From Lingula anatina (Eukaryota; Animalia; Brachiopoda), in NCBI GenBank assembly GCA_051362555.1, contig CM120649.1, positions 4,464,001 to 4,528,000 on the forward strand: DNA of 64,000 bases, read 5' to 3'. Made by a program: the position numbers and the translations under genes. The stretch's first letter is position 1. Each line of letters starts with the position of its first letter. Shown here one piece after another: positions 52,309-64,000 of the stretch. The notes under the pieces were generated by a model. The model saw nothing but the letters and a program-made list of their open reading frames with translations, was not told where the DNA came from and made no database searches.

Positions 52309-54015
52309 TTACCTGGGGACATTTCAGACAAGACAATTGTCTAGACATGTCCAATAAAAGAACGTTATGGAATTTGTTTGACCTGATTTCTGGTGCAAAA
52401 TTATGCATCATGATTTTTGACGATTAGTGAGTCGATCTACGAAGTAGAATGAAACATTTTACCGGGGAAATTTCAGAGAAGAAAGGAGTCCAGACCTGTT
52501 CAATTAAAGAAAAGTGTGGCGTAGTCAAAGAAATGTTATGGCGACAACAATCGCCAGTGCTTATTTACGCGCATGCGCATTCTGCACATGCTCAATTGTT
52601 CCCCAGAGGAGGTGGTCTCCATTAAGGCACATGTTGCTACTTATACCATGGGGCATCACTGCCTGACTCCATTCTGCTTGATTAATTCTGTTGACGCACA
52701 CGATACGATTAAGTTACAAGTTATCTCAAATCTTCAACTGAAAACTTCAGTTCAAAAAAATTCACCGGCTTTTACTTCTATTAGAACTTTCCAGCAGTTC
52801 ACTCGATCTGTTGAAGCGTACAGCACGTTTACATCTTACGACAGTGGTAGATTCTGCACAACTTCAAGCAAGGATCATCATTACAATTGCCAACTGTTAC
52901 ATTTATTCGGTAAGTATTATTTCCTCTAGCGATTTAGCAGTTGTCGTTGACAAAACGGTCTTTATCCAGGAGTTTCTTGTTTGCACCGACAGCGGTCACG
53001 GCGACTGTACATAGAAATTAAGGGTTTTTGCGTATAGAATCTCCAGTCACCTGATGATATAAGCGGACGCAATGCCCTGAAATTTATTGGATATCACATG
53101 ACATGGGCAGCTGCTATGCCGATTCAGTTACCTACTTTTAGTTTCCCACTTCTATCACTATATTCCTAGTCAGACGTTCCACTGTTCAGGGTAGATACCA
53201 TAGCAAGGTAGAGTATCTTGCTCAGTCTGATATGCACATCATTATAAACCAGCTTAGTTCTAAATTCAACCCTCTTTTCCTCATCAACTATTCGTTTTTT
53301 TATCACCGAAGTTACCATTCATACCTACAGTTTACTTATCATTGAGTTTCACCTCTTTGCAACCCCACAAAAAAAAAGTTGTGCAATATTGTTGGTAAAT
53401 AATAATTTTTGCTGACTCGTCACATGATAATTTTAGGATGATGAGTCTTATTGAATATTTGATATGTAATTTTATCACTAAGGCCACACATTTAATACAA
53501 GCAACAATTTGTTGCATTTTTATTATTGTTAAAATGATAAGGATAGTGGGGTTATCTAATAAAAGCGGCCTTGTTTGGCCAAATCACGAACAATCAATAT
53601 CCCTTGTTGTCTTCTTTCTTATTATGAATAAGGCTATGAAAGTTAATGGTACACTGAGATGGAGCAGACATAAACAACGTGATGGTATTTATTTGCTCTG
53701 AATTATGGTGTGAAATTGCCTCATGGTTTTTGATGCTGATAGAACTACTAAGGAGAATAAATGAACTTTACCTGGGGAAATTTCAGAGAAAAAAATGTGT
53801 CTAGACATGTTCAATTAAGGGACGCGATGAAATCTGTTTGACCTGAATTGTGGTGCAAAATTATACATAATAATGTTTGACGCTTAGAGAGTCGATCTCC
53901 TGAGTAGAATAAATCACTTTTGCCTGGGGAAATTTCAGACAAGTCACGAGTCTATAGCCATGTTCAGTTACATAATGTAATGGAACCTGTTTGACCTCAA
54001 CTGTGGTGCAAAACT
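52309..54015. repeat. Degenerate ~150-bp tandem repeat in two arrays (~52309-52520 and ~53765-54015)
   Basis: Unit ttacctgggga(c/a)atttcaga(c/g)aa...tgtttgacct...ggtgcaaaa...gagtcgatct recurs four times. Confidence 0.7.
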
Positions 54016-54347
54016 TCACATCTCATACCCGTGGGAATCGAGAATACATTCACATGCCTCCACTTATAATAAGACTATAAATTACCACCTAGTTTTCGGT
54101 AATGCACAATATATCCAGGTTTCCAAATGGCAGTCAAATATAGCTTCTGGATATTGTATCCTATTGGTCTGATATCACCACACACCTTTGACGGGTGAAA
54201 TGTTAACTCATATAAATACGCATGTTATACCAATAATGAAATTGCTATATAAAAACCTGTTTTACACATATATTTTACTAATCATGATTACAATAACCAC
54301 ACCGCAACGAAATTATTGCCCCCATATACTCTGGGATTTCTTTAGAT

Positions 54348-54422
54348 ATGGATCGCTGGGCAGGGCGCGTTACCAAAATTATCGAAGGAGCCATTGTACG
54401 TGCTCTGGTTAAGAATGATATG
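54348..54422 (+). pseudogene. Relic SDR first coding exon lacking the TGxxxGxG motif
   Basis: Acceptor ttag then MDRWAGRV-TKIIEG-AIVRALVKNDM; net 18-nt loss in the Rossmann motif; no donor site; similarity stops abruptly. Confidence 0.8.
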
Positions 54423-55215
54423 TCCCAGTTGTTATGCTTGGTCTACAAAGCCTGAGGTGAATTCACTCGTAAAGTAACTGTTACATCTGTATAAAGGTGG
54501 TTTCAGGTCACCTTGTAGTTGATATCGACGGGGTTAATCTAAGCTTTAGAGGACATTGGAGACCCATACCTCTGTTATACCAGCGTAATTCTGCCATTTA
54601 CGTTTACTGAAAACGCTACAAGGTAAGAGGATTGTAAAAAGGTGAGATTCTATTCTATTTTTTTCCGCTTTATATCGACCGGTGCTTATCATGTTGACAG
54701 CAAGCGAAGCCCTGCTTATTTCGGGGCAAAACAAAGATGGTGGTTGATTCGGGTTGTGGTTGTCGAGAAAAAAAAAGACTCTTGCCTGTTGTGAGATCTA
54801 CTTGGACAAGCACCTCACGCGTGAATACGCGTGAATACTGTCTGACTACAGGATGGTACAGTGTTATAACTGATTTGTGTCTATACTTTGATTTTATGTA
54901 CTATTTTAAATATCCTAGTTAAAAGAGCACAGCCACATAGCCAGGGGGGGTTCCGGGGGTTTGAACGAACCGCCCTTCTTGCCTTGAAAAGGTCCGCTCT
55001 GAGTCAAACATTCGCTCAGGGTTCTTTTCAGCGTGGGGGGTTCGCTGTTCATCACAGTCTGGCTCTTGTACAAGTTAACTGAGGAAGCCTGTGTGTAAAA
55101 TACCTGTTTTTTACAAGCAATACGGAGAAAGCCCTTTCTCCGCAGCGATAGATCGCTATTGCACGTTTGACAGCTGTATGACCCTAAATGTTCTTAATAT
55201 TAAGTTGTTTCAGAA

Positions 55216-58200
55216 ATGGATCGCTGGGCAGGACGCGTTGCCTTGGTAACAGGAGCTTCGAAAGGGATAGGAGAAGCCATTGCTCGTGCTCTGGTTAAGA
55301 ATGGTATGGTGGTGGTTGGATGTGCCAGACACGTTGAAGATATGCAAGTATGTCTTTTTATATAATAATATAGTTAAGAAAATAAACATTGGATGTCTCC
55401 GTGGAAAACATTATCCGTGGAAAATTAATAAAGAATACAAGGGGAAATTTCTAAGAACTGTTTGCATGTTTATGTCCTTTATATTTTTAAAATATACGAA
55501 TTTAGAACCATATATAGCTAGCTGCCAATTACAATTACACCCTCCCCAAACTATTCGTGCCTAATCCATCTCTTTTATTTATATCATATTTGCTGTCTCC
55601 ATGGGATTTTTAATTTAATATAGATTACATGTCTGATAATTCTGGTCGAACATTTTTCCTGCAACAAATAGACGTTTAGTTGCGTAGGATGTCAAAAACA
55701 TGATATTAGAATCGATATTTTTTCTCCTTAGACGAAAAAAAAATATGTATCTGTATTCTAGAAAGCTGCTGCGGGACTTAAGGGCGAAAAGGGTCGTTTG
55801 ATTCCAATGAAGTGCGACCTTACCAAAACGGAAGAGATCGAGTCCATGTTTCAAAAAATCAAGGAACAGTTGGGCGGTGTCGACGTCTGCGTTAACAACG
55901 CTGGTGATCATACCTTCCAGGATTGCAAGACAGGCTCTTTATCTGATACCAAGACAATGTATGATGTAAGACAACTCTTATATGGTTTGGGTTTTCTTTC
56001 ACCCCTTTGTCTTTAAGCGCCAGAACTCGTGTCAAAATGCTAAAATGTCAAAACAGATTTCCTTTGTGATAAATTCTGAATCTATGTCCCGAGGAAATAT
56101 TTGTTCGTCTTACGTTTGTTTTGAATTGTTAGTCTTTATGCTAGTGTCTTGTTCAAATATATATTATTTCTGTTAATCAATTACAATAAGTGCATCCACC
56201 CTATCCCTGTATTTCTTCGCTAACTGTATGTTACCATAACGTCAAGTTCGGGTACATGTAATAGCTTATACGTAGGCAAATAGCTAAGTTAGCGCCAAGC
56301 CATGCTCTGCATGAACAAAGCTTTTCTTAGCTGATTGTTAGCTGATTTTAAAATAATATTATAATTCAACGTAAAACAAGTACGAAAAAATGACCAGCGA
56401 TTTAAGTAATGAAGGTCATGACTTGTCGTTTCATTTACTGATATATTTTAAACAGGACCGACGTCTCGAATAAAACTAAAGCCTATTTTCAGTTGAATGT
56501 ATTCGCTGGCATCAACGTATCCCAGCTGACCATTCAGTCCATACAAGAAAGGAACATGGATGACGGGCACATTATTAACATTAGCAGGTAATACACAGCC
56601 AGGTTTAATAGAATATGTACTGGTTTCAACTGCTCGTCGTCCACTATATATACATGGTGTATATATATGACATAGAAGAGTGCTATCTATTGTTTGAAGC
56701 GTCAGCCGTAGTATAGATGTTTATGATCATGATTTACTAGAAGATAAATGATCAGATCAACAATATAATAAGTTATATAAACTTTAAAAAATCACATCCC
56801 AAACACGATGAAACCATCAAAGTCCTGAGCTATAACACCCGAGCTTGACCAACCACGAATTTTGGCTCTTGATGACAAAATGGAGAGAATGGGTAAAACA
56901 AACCTAGGCGGTAGCAAGCCAGCTGTATTATAACGACGACCAGGTTCTGGAGTCTTCAGTCATTTATTCACCACTCACTTTTCTTACAATTTTACCCATA
57001 TTTATACTCTAAATCTCCGTACCGATCACGCGTGTAATTATGTTCTTTTTATTGTTTATGGCGTGATTTTCAGAAACTTTCCATTGTCATGTTGACTCTA
57101 CCATAGAACATTTCCTAAGTAGGCAATGTCTAAGAGCCTTGTTTTCAACTTATCAAAAATACTATTTGCATTACTCATACTTTGAATCATGTCCAAAACT
57201 TAGTTATCATGTGATAAAAGTGATCAAAATTAAAATCTGTTATGAATTAACCAATCACATTTAATGTTATTGACTTTGACCTTTTCCATCTTTTTTTCTG
57301 ACACTAAAAAAATGTTCTACACTTGTTGACTCTCGATGAAACTTAATTTGCACTCAATAGCACTCTAACTTTTCATCTATTTGATTTCCCTTTTATTACT
57401 AATTGTATTTAGCGTAAGCGTAAGTAATTAACTTTACAACAGCTGTGACAGGGGCTTTATACTTTCAAACTACTGTATTATGTCGAAGAAATTAGCTACC
57501 CAACTAACACAGAACGTCTTACAACTTTTATTTTGGTTATATAAACATTATGGTAACGTTATAATAACGTGTAGTCGCCATTGAATAGTTGCTGTGTAGT
57601 CGCCATTGAATAGTATCGTGATGGAGGCTGGAATGATATGTAATCTTTGTGGAAGAGTACATGTATGTTGTTCCATATATTTCATTCTGTTGCAGTGTAT
57701 GTGGAAACACTGTCCATGAAGGTGCCTTGTGTCACATGTATTCCCTTACAAAGTGTGCCCTGAATGCTTTCACAGAGGGTCTACGGCACGAGCTGAGACA
57801 ACAGAAAACGAAAATACGGACAACGGTATGAGAGAGAGAGAGAGAGAGAGAGAGAGTAATATTTGGGCTGAAAATATTTAGCTGCTGGGGCAGTTCAGAC
57901 TATAATTCGTTAATTCAATAATAGATACATAAGCACAAAAAAATAGACAAGTACAGACCAGAATTAATGAAATTTTACAGTATTACAAGTAGAGTAGCAA
58001 GGTCGTATATGTATTACCCGTCCACCGATTAGCGGTAAGATAATATGATTGGACTGTAAAGTACTAAAGGTTAATTCAATGTAGACCAGTTTTATCATTC
58101 CGATATTAAAATATCATGCTCTATCACTAGGTTCTCATTCCTTCATTGGTCGACACACCGAAGACAAGAGGAGTACTTGATGACAGCTTCTTTTGCCCGG

Positions 58201-59336
58201 AAAATGTAAGCTACAATAAATTCTTGTGGGCTTATTATTCAACCGTTTTGGCCCTGTACTAGGCTGTGCCCGATGTAGCGTGATTGAGAATCCCCCACGA
58301 TAGAGGGTCCGATACCCATCCATTTTTGCAAGTAATGCGCCTCGCCTTAGATTTTAACCCACGTAGGTCGGGCTAACCCTAACCATTTGATCTGAATGTT
58401 AAACGGACCCTCAGTTTCGTTACGCCTGTTTATGATAGGTCTCTTTACCTCTGAAATAAATCAAAATCTTGATTTAATCCATCAGCCAATAGGGTTTACT
58501 ACAAGTCTTTTCAGATTATTTGAGGTATGAAGGATAGTTTTTATAAACCAAAAAAAGTGCACATAAAGATTTCCAAACAAACTGTTTCATTTATTTGTTT
58601 CATATGGTTTTTACACGCATTGCCGTTTCATTTAACATGACAAATTATTAATAATTGATCTATTCACATATCAAACTAACTAGGACGATCCAGCTCTGCG
58701 GGGTATAAACATGCACTTAAAGTGCAATCCGTGGAATCAGCTTGTTTACACTCCTCCTCGAGAAGCTAGGGATTAATTAACTAGCGTGTGTTGCTAAAGC
58801 TGATTACACTGATTGCAATTTAGGGAGAATACCCCTCAGAGTTGGACTGACCAAGCTTGTACCATGTGCAAATCTAAATGATCCCTATTTTTCCACGTAA
58901 TATCATTCCACGCTAGATCCTTCAACCAGACGATGTCGCTGCTGCCGTGACCTTTGCCCTTAGTGCCCCGCCATGTGTCAACGTAAGAAAAAATGACAAA
59001 CTTTTGTCTTCAATACTTTATATCATCTAGTTAAAGTTACAGTCAGACTAAGGGTCTTGCATGAACACATAGGCCTATGATAGTTATTTATTGTCTTGAG
59101 TCTTCCTATGATCTTGTTATAAATACCCCTGTAGCCTGAGCTCATATCCAAGGACACATCGAATTCTTTATCATTAAATGTTGAACTTACTATTGTCCTC
59201 TCAGATATAGAATCAGCTATAATATTTAATCCCATTCATCATGTGCTTCAATGGAGCAACAGTTTATTTCATTGTAACAACTTTATTTTTTCAGGTCCGC
59301 CATATTTGCCTCCACGCGATACACGACTCTTATTAA
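55216..59336 (+). CDS. DHRS11: DHRS11-like short-chain dehydrogenase/reductase, copy 3; 7 exons, 247 aa, intact
   Basis: Exons 55216-55347, 55762-55965, 56493-56587, 57696-57825, 58131-58205, 58917-58982 and 59295-59336. Motifs TGASKGIG, NNAG, YSLTK. Confidence 0.92.
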
Positions 59337-59853
59337 TTCAGGGACAACTGGTGCTGCCAGATTTGCACGTCTTTCTATTGCACACCCCTTTGAATGGACA
59401 TTGTCTTGTTCTAAGTGTGTTATACTCTTGCATACAACACAAAATGCTTTTATTCATGTATATTAATTAAATGTGAGAGCTGGTGATCATGCGTTTTTAC
59501 TACTTTAATAAATTTATACATCAGAATAGATGGCGCCACTAAACAGCCCATATATGTGCCGGACTATATATTGCTGCAATGTCTCTTGAGAAAATACTGG
59601 ATAGTAAAGGACTATAAAACTATACTGGAGCCGGGATTTTATGAATTACTCCAGACCATTAAACTAAAATTAATCAGTGATTAGTAAAAGGTAAGACTTA
59701 CACCTGTAAGATGCAGAGTAGTAAACCTGCACTTAAGTGATATATACATTATATGTACATTCAAGAGCAAGGCCAGCCACAATTAGTAAGTAATAAACAA
59801 GACTTTAGAACTCCACCGTAAAGACAAACACCCAGAAACTTTAATCCCTATCT

Positions 59854-59908
<55 letters not shown>

Positions 59909-61670
59909 ATCAACAATAATAGTTACTATGATTTATGATACTAGGCCCTATATTCTTTATTTAAAGCTCAAGATCTATTTTAAATTCATAACATCCATAA
60001 TGTTCAGTAGACGTGAGTGATATCTGTAATTCAAGAAATGTAAACACATTATTAGTAAGAATAAAAGAACAAGCTTAACATACATCTGTGTAGTCTCTTT
60101 CTCTCTCTCTCTCTTGTGAGATAAAAAACCCGTTTGCACACTGATCAGCAGTTCTTTTCTCATATGAACAGAAACAATCATTAATTGAAATTTATTGGCG
60201 AGTTAATCTGGCTCTATTGAGGCACATCCAGGGACGGATCCAGGATTATTTGAAAGGGGGGTGTGGGGTCGGGGCCCGCTGAAAAGGCCTGAAAAGGTGG
60301 TGTTTTAGAGAGCGATCGGTTCCATTTAGTACTGTTTCGAACTATGATTCCACTGGTCAAAAGTTGTTATTTCAAGAGGAAACTATTGGTGTTATCTTTT
60401 TCAGAAATCGAAGATGGGGTCAGGACTACCCTTACTTCCCCCTCAATACTGCCATTGCACATCAACAAGCACATTCAACCCAGGCACGCACACCTGTAGC
60501 ATTTCAAACTTTTTTTGTTTTGTTTACAAATATCACTGGGCCCCGTAACTCGAAAGCGTCTCGATTCCATAACTCGCCCATACTCGCCTCATATAATAGG
60601 CCCTTTATTGTAGCCTCTATGTGATATCGCTATTCGCAATACGCAATGTTTTCGAGTTCTGACAGGACCCTGGTCTCGACAAGCCGTTACGCGGTACGTT
60701 TTTTCACAATACGAGACAGCATCGATGTCGACCTAGCTAGCTGTCATATGATAAAAGCTGAATGAACCCCGGTGCACAAAAAAGGCTTTTTGCAAAGTGC
60801 AAAAAATATATTGTCGGTCCGGTAATTAAGACTTAATTTCAGTTCAATTATTGTGATGTACATTAAAATTCTTTTTGGTAATGATCCTCCCTGTTACCCG
60901 GAGGATATTACATTGAATGCCACCAGTATCATCAACACATGGCAGGCCAGTAGCCAGGGGGGTGCGGGGGGTTCGAAAGAACCACCCCTTTTGTCAGGAA
61001 AAGGTCCATTTTGGGTAAAATTTTATCTAGGTACACATAAGTGTCATTGGAAAAGGTCCACTTTTTCAGATAAGCAACCCCCCTTTTGAATTTGCTGGCT
61101 ACAGGCCTGCACGGTAACGATTTCCTTTGGATAACACTATCAATTAGATGAAATTAGTATTCTCTTGGAAGTTGTCCTTTGGATAAAGTAACGTTTTCTA
61201 TACACTATAAGTACTTCTTTGTGCCTCTGATATTATCATTTGGTGGTGCAAACTGGCTTTTACCCTCAGGTGATTTTTATCCAGTGGATAGTGCTATCCA
61301 GAGTTGATGAAATTGGACCCAGTAGGATTTCCCATCACCCTCTGTTGTATTAATGTATACCCCGAAAATCAAATCATTTCTGTAACAGGTAGCCAGTGAA
61401 TTGTAAGACTATCCAAGCGTCTACATATTGCCCAGTTTGTAATGATTGGCCTGAAAAATGAGGTCAATTCACTCCTTAACTGATACATGTAGATGTGTAT
61501 AGAGTCAGTTTCAGGTCAAGTTGTAGTTTGGTATCGAATGGGGTCAAACTTTAGTTGGTGAGGACACTGGAAATCCACCTCTCTGTTATATCAGAGTAAC
61601 TCTGCCATTTACGTTGACGACAAACGGTAAGAGGCAAATGAATTGTAGAGCGGCTTCTTCGCTTAATAAT

Positions 61671-62232
61671 AGGGATGTTTCGCTATCCCGCCCGAAAACC
61701 AGCGTGCCGATAATTTCGATAATTTCGTAAAACGTCATCACTTTTTGCGCTTGTTTTTGCGTTCTCGTTGACGGATTCCTAGAAGCAGGCGCTGGATGTC
61801 GGAAGGCTGATCGGGAACGAGAATTGTTCTCGGCGGGCTAGTTCTCGGGCGAATCCTCCCTGATGTCCAATTTTTGGGACTCAGTAAAGACAAAGACCGT
61901 GAACTTGTAAAATGAGGAAGTGATTAGAAAACGGGCCATTGAAGGAATGGCAAATTAGGGTAGGCTTTTAGCATTTTCCTATTCATCCCTATTAGCAAAA
62001 ATAGATAAAGACAAAAAAATATACCACTCAAAAGCAGCACAGCCTAGGGTTTTTGCTATTCTTTTTAAATAGTAGGTGGCGCGTGACAAGAAATTTGCAT
62101 TAATCTGTATAATTCTGCCAGATTTCTCTGGTCGGGAATGCGAAACCTTGTATGGCCATGTAGGCCCCGAGATCCGGAACGAGAATTGTTCTCAGCGGGC
62201 TAGTTCTCGGGTTGGGATAGCGAAACCTCCCT
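61671..62232. mobile_element. TIR-bounded MITE with AT 2-bp TSD (ISL2EU/Harbinger-group-like)
   Basis: agggatgtttcgctatccc...gggatagcgaaacctccct, flanked by at/at; internal 36-bp direct repeat ggaacgagaattgttctc..gggctagttctcggg; absent from the paralogous region upstream of SDR-3. Confidence 0.75.
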
Positions 62233-62390
62233 ATTGACCGGTCGTCCTCGTTTTTTGGCGGTTATCACGTTGACAGTAGGTGAAACACTGCTTATTTCGG
62301 TGTAAAACAAAGATGGCACTTGAAGCAGGTGGTAGAGAAAAAAAGACTCACCAGCTGTGAGACATACGTGGATAGGCGTGAGTACTGTTA

Positions 62391-62630
62391 GGGCGCATTC
62401 CCATAGATTTTAGATCGATCTATCCAGTGGGGAGTCTCACTAGATTACTGTCAGATAATCCGGCCGGATTCTACGGCACGCTACACCGGCATAAATGTCC
62501 GTCCCGCCTACTACAAGCTGTAAGGGGGTAATTAACTGCCGTGCGCGGTCGGCTGACTGCAATTTAGCGTGAACCCCCAGGAAGTTAGGTCGATCTGGTA
62601 AGATCGATCTAAATCTCTGGGAATGCCCTC
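62391..62630. mobile_element. PIF/Harbinger-like MITE (family of 43922-44147)
   Basis: TIR gggcgcattcccatagattt / aaatctctgggaatgccctc; tta/tca flanks; absent upstream of SDR-3. Confidence 0.8.
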
Positions 62631-62826
62631 TCAGACAACAGGGTCCGATAGTAGTGTGTTTTAAATTATTTTGCGTATATATACGATTTTAGATGCCCAT
62701 GCTATCAGAAGGTATATGAGCCACCCCCACCCCCCCCCTTTCCGTTTTGTTACCATGTCCCGCTCCAAAGAGTCTACGGATTTTTTAACAGTAAAAATTT
62801 GCTTTTAGCATGAATTTGTTTCAGAA

Positions 62827-62970
62827 ATGGATCGTTGGGCAGGACGTGTTGCCTTGGTAACAGGAGCATCGAAAGGGATAGGAGAAGCCATTGCTCGAGC
62901 TCTGGTTAAGAATGGTATGGTTGTGATTGGTTGTGCCAGACACGTGGAAGATATGCAAGTATGGATTTCC

Positions 62971-63016
<46 letters not shown>

Positions 63017-63972
63017 TATGACGATAATAATATAGATAAGCAAACTGAATTGGATATCGGATATCGAATTGAATGACTGATAGGGCCTACTTTTTTGTCC
63101 TTGGGTGAAAAGATGCTTAAATACAGGTATCTGTATTCCAGAAAGCAGCCGCGGGACTTGAGGAGGAAAAGGGTCGTTTGATTCCAATGAAGTGCGATCT
63201 TACCAAAACGGAAGAGATCGAGTCCATGTTTCAAAAAATCAAGGAACAGTTGGGCGGTGTCGATGTTTGTGTTAACAACGCTGGTGTTAACTTCTGTCAG
63301 GATTGCAAGACAGGCTCTTTATCTGATACCAAGACAATGTTTGACGTAAGAGAACTCAACTGATATGTTTTCAGCATACTGTTGGTCGTATTTCTATTAG
63401 ATCCAGTACCCAGGTGAAAATAGACATTCTAGTTTCAAAAAAAATTATTCTGCTCATATCTGTTTGTTGAGTTCCAATTATCTACTTGAGTTTGTGCTTA
63501 TTTTGTTCTGTTTTTTACAGCTTCTTTTTAAAATATTTTTGTACTGTTAACCAAAGCACATTAAATGCCTCCGTCCAGTCATTGTATATCTTTGCATACC
63601 GAAAGTTAACAGGGCGTTTATTCCTTAAAAGGTGTTTGTCAACCGATGTGAGTCGTCAGTCTGACTAGGATATTAATAATTTGGAATGAGATTAATTATT
63701 GTACTCATTGATGGTATCATAGTATAGCCAAAATGTAAAATCATGTGGGTGGCGCGATGGATGGCCAATCCTAGCAAATTGGAAGCGCCTCATTTTTTTC
63801 TCGTTTCTTGAATTTAATATCTTCAAGTGAATCGGAGACGACTGATCGACGCAAATAGGTTTGATGCCTTTTTTCAGTTGAATGTTTTCGCTGCCATCAC
63901 CGTTTCCCAGATGACCATTCAGTCCATACAAGAAAGGAACATGGATGACGGGCACATTATCAACATCGGCAG
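62827..63972 (+). CDS. DHRS11: DHRS11-like short-chain dehydrogenase/reductase, copy 4 (first three exons; continues beyond the window)
   Basis: Exons 62827-62958, 63142-63345 and 63878-63972 have the same sizes and phases as in the paralogs. Motifs TGASKGIG, NNAG, GHIINIG. Confidence 0.9.
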
Positions 63973-64000
63973 GTAAGGTATACACCAGTTTCAAACTCTC

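Noticed and set aside
60943-61109. hAT-like MITE caggccagtagcc...ggctacaggcctg (similar G-rich starts at 9827, 54930, 60229)
   Set aside because: TIR-like ends are visible but I could not confirm an 8-bp TSD; an ordinary repeat of little interest.

Overview
AT-rich, intron-containing animal genomic DNA, probably from an invertebrate such as a lophotrochozoan (inferred from repeat types). It is not prokaryotic, and most of the supplied ORFs are exon fragments or noise. By hand-splicing I recover the following. (1) Two intact 11-exon clan-2 cytochrome P450 genes (minus strand, 504 aa each), each head-to-head with a 7-exon DHRS11-like short-chain dehydrogenase/reductase (SDR, plus strand, 247 aa); this CYP-SDR pair was duplicated as one ~11.5 kb block. 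(2) Two further tandem SDR paralogs (one runs off the window) and a relic SDR exon 1. (3) A small secreted two-EGF-domain gene and a frameshifted STAND NTPase-TPR pseudogene lying between the two blocks. (4) A spliced cysteine-rich orphan gene near the left end. (5) Many non-autonomous mobile elements: a young ~1.07 kb foldback element with 9-bp TSD, PIF/Harbinger-like MITEs, Helentron-associated (HINE-like) elements, CCC...GGG EnSpm-like elements, and Penelope-like 3' ends with hammerhead-like cores. The most interesting signal is the co-duplicated, divergently transcribed P450+SDR unit, which has an atypical P450 I-helix (AGTQTT) and SDR paralogs diverging mainly at substrate-binding segments. 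It is a candidate animal metabolic gene cluster. All family calls come from motif recognition; no database search was run.
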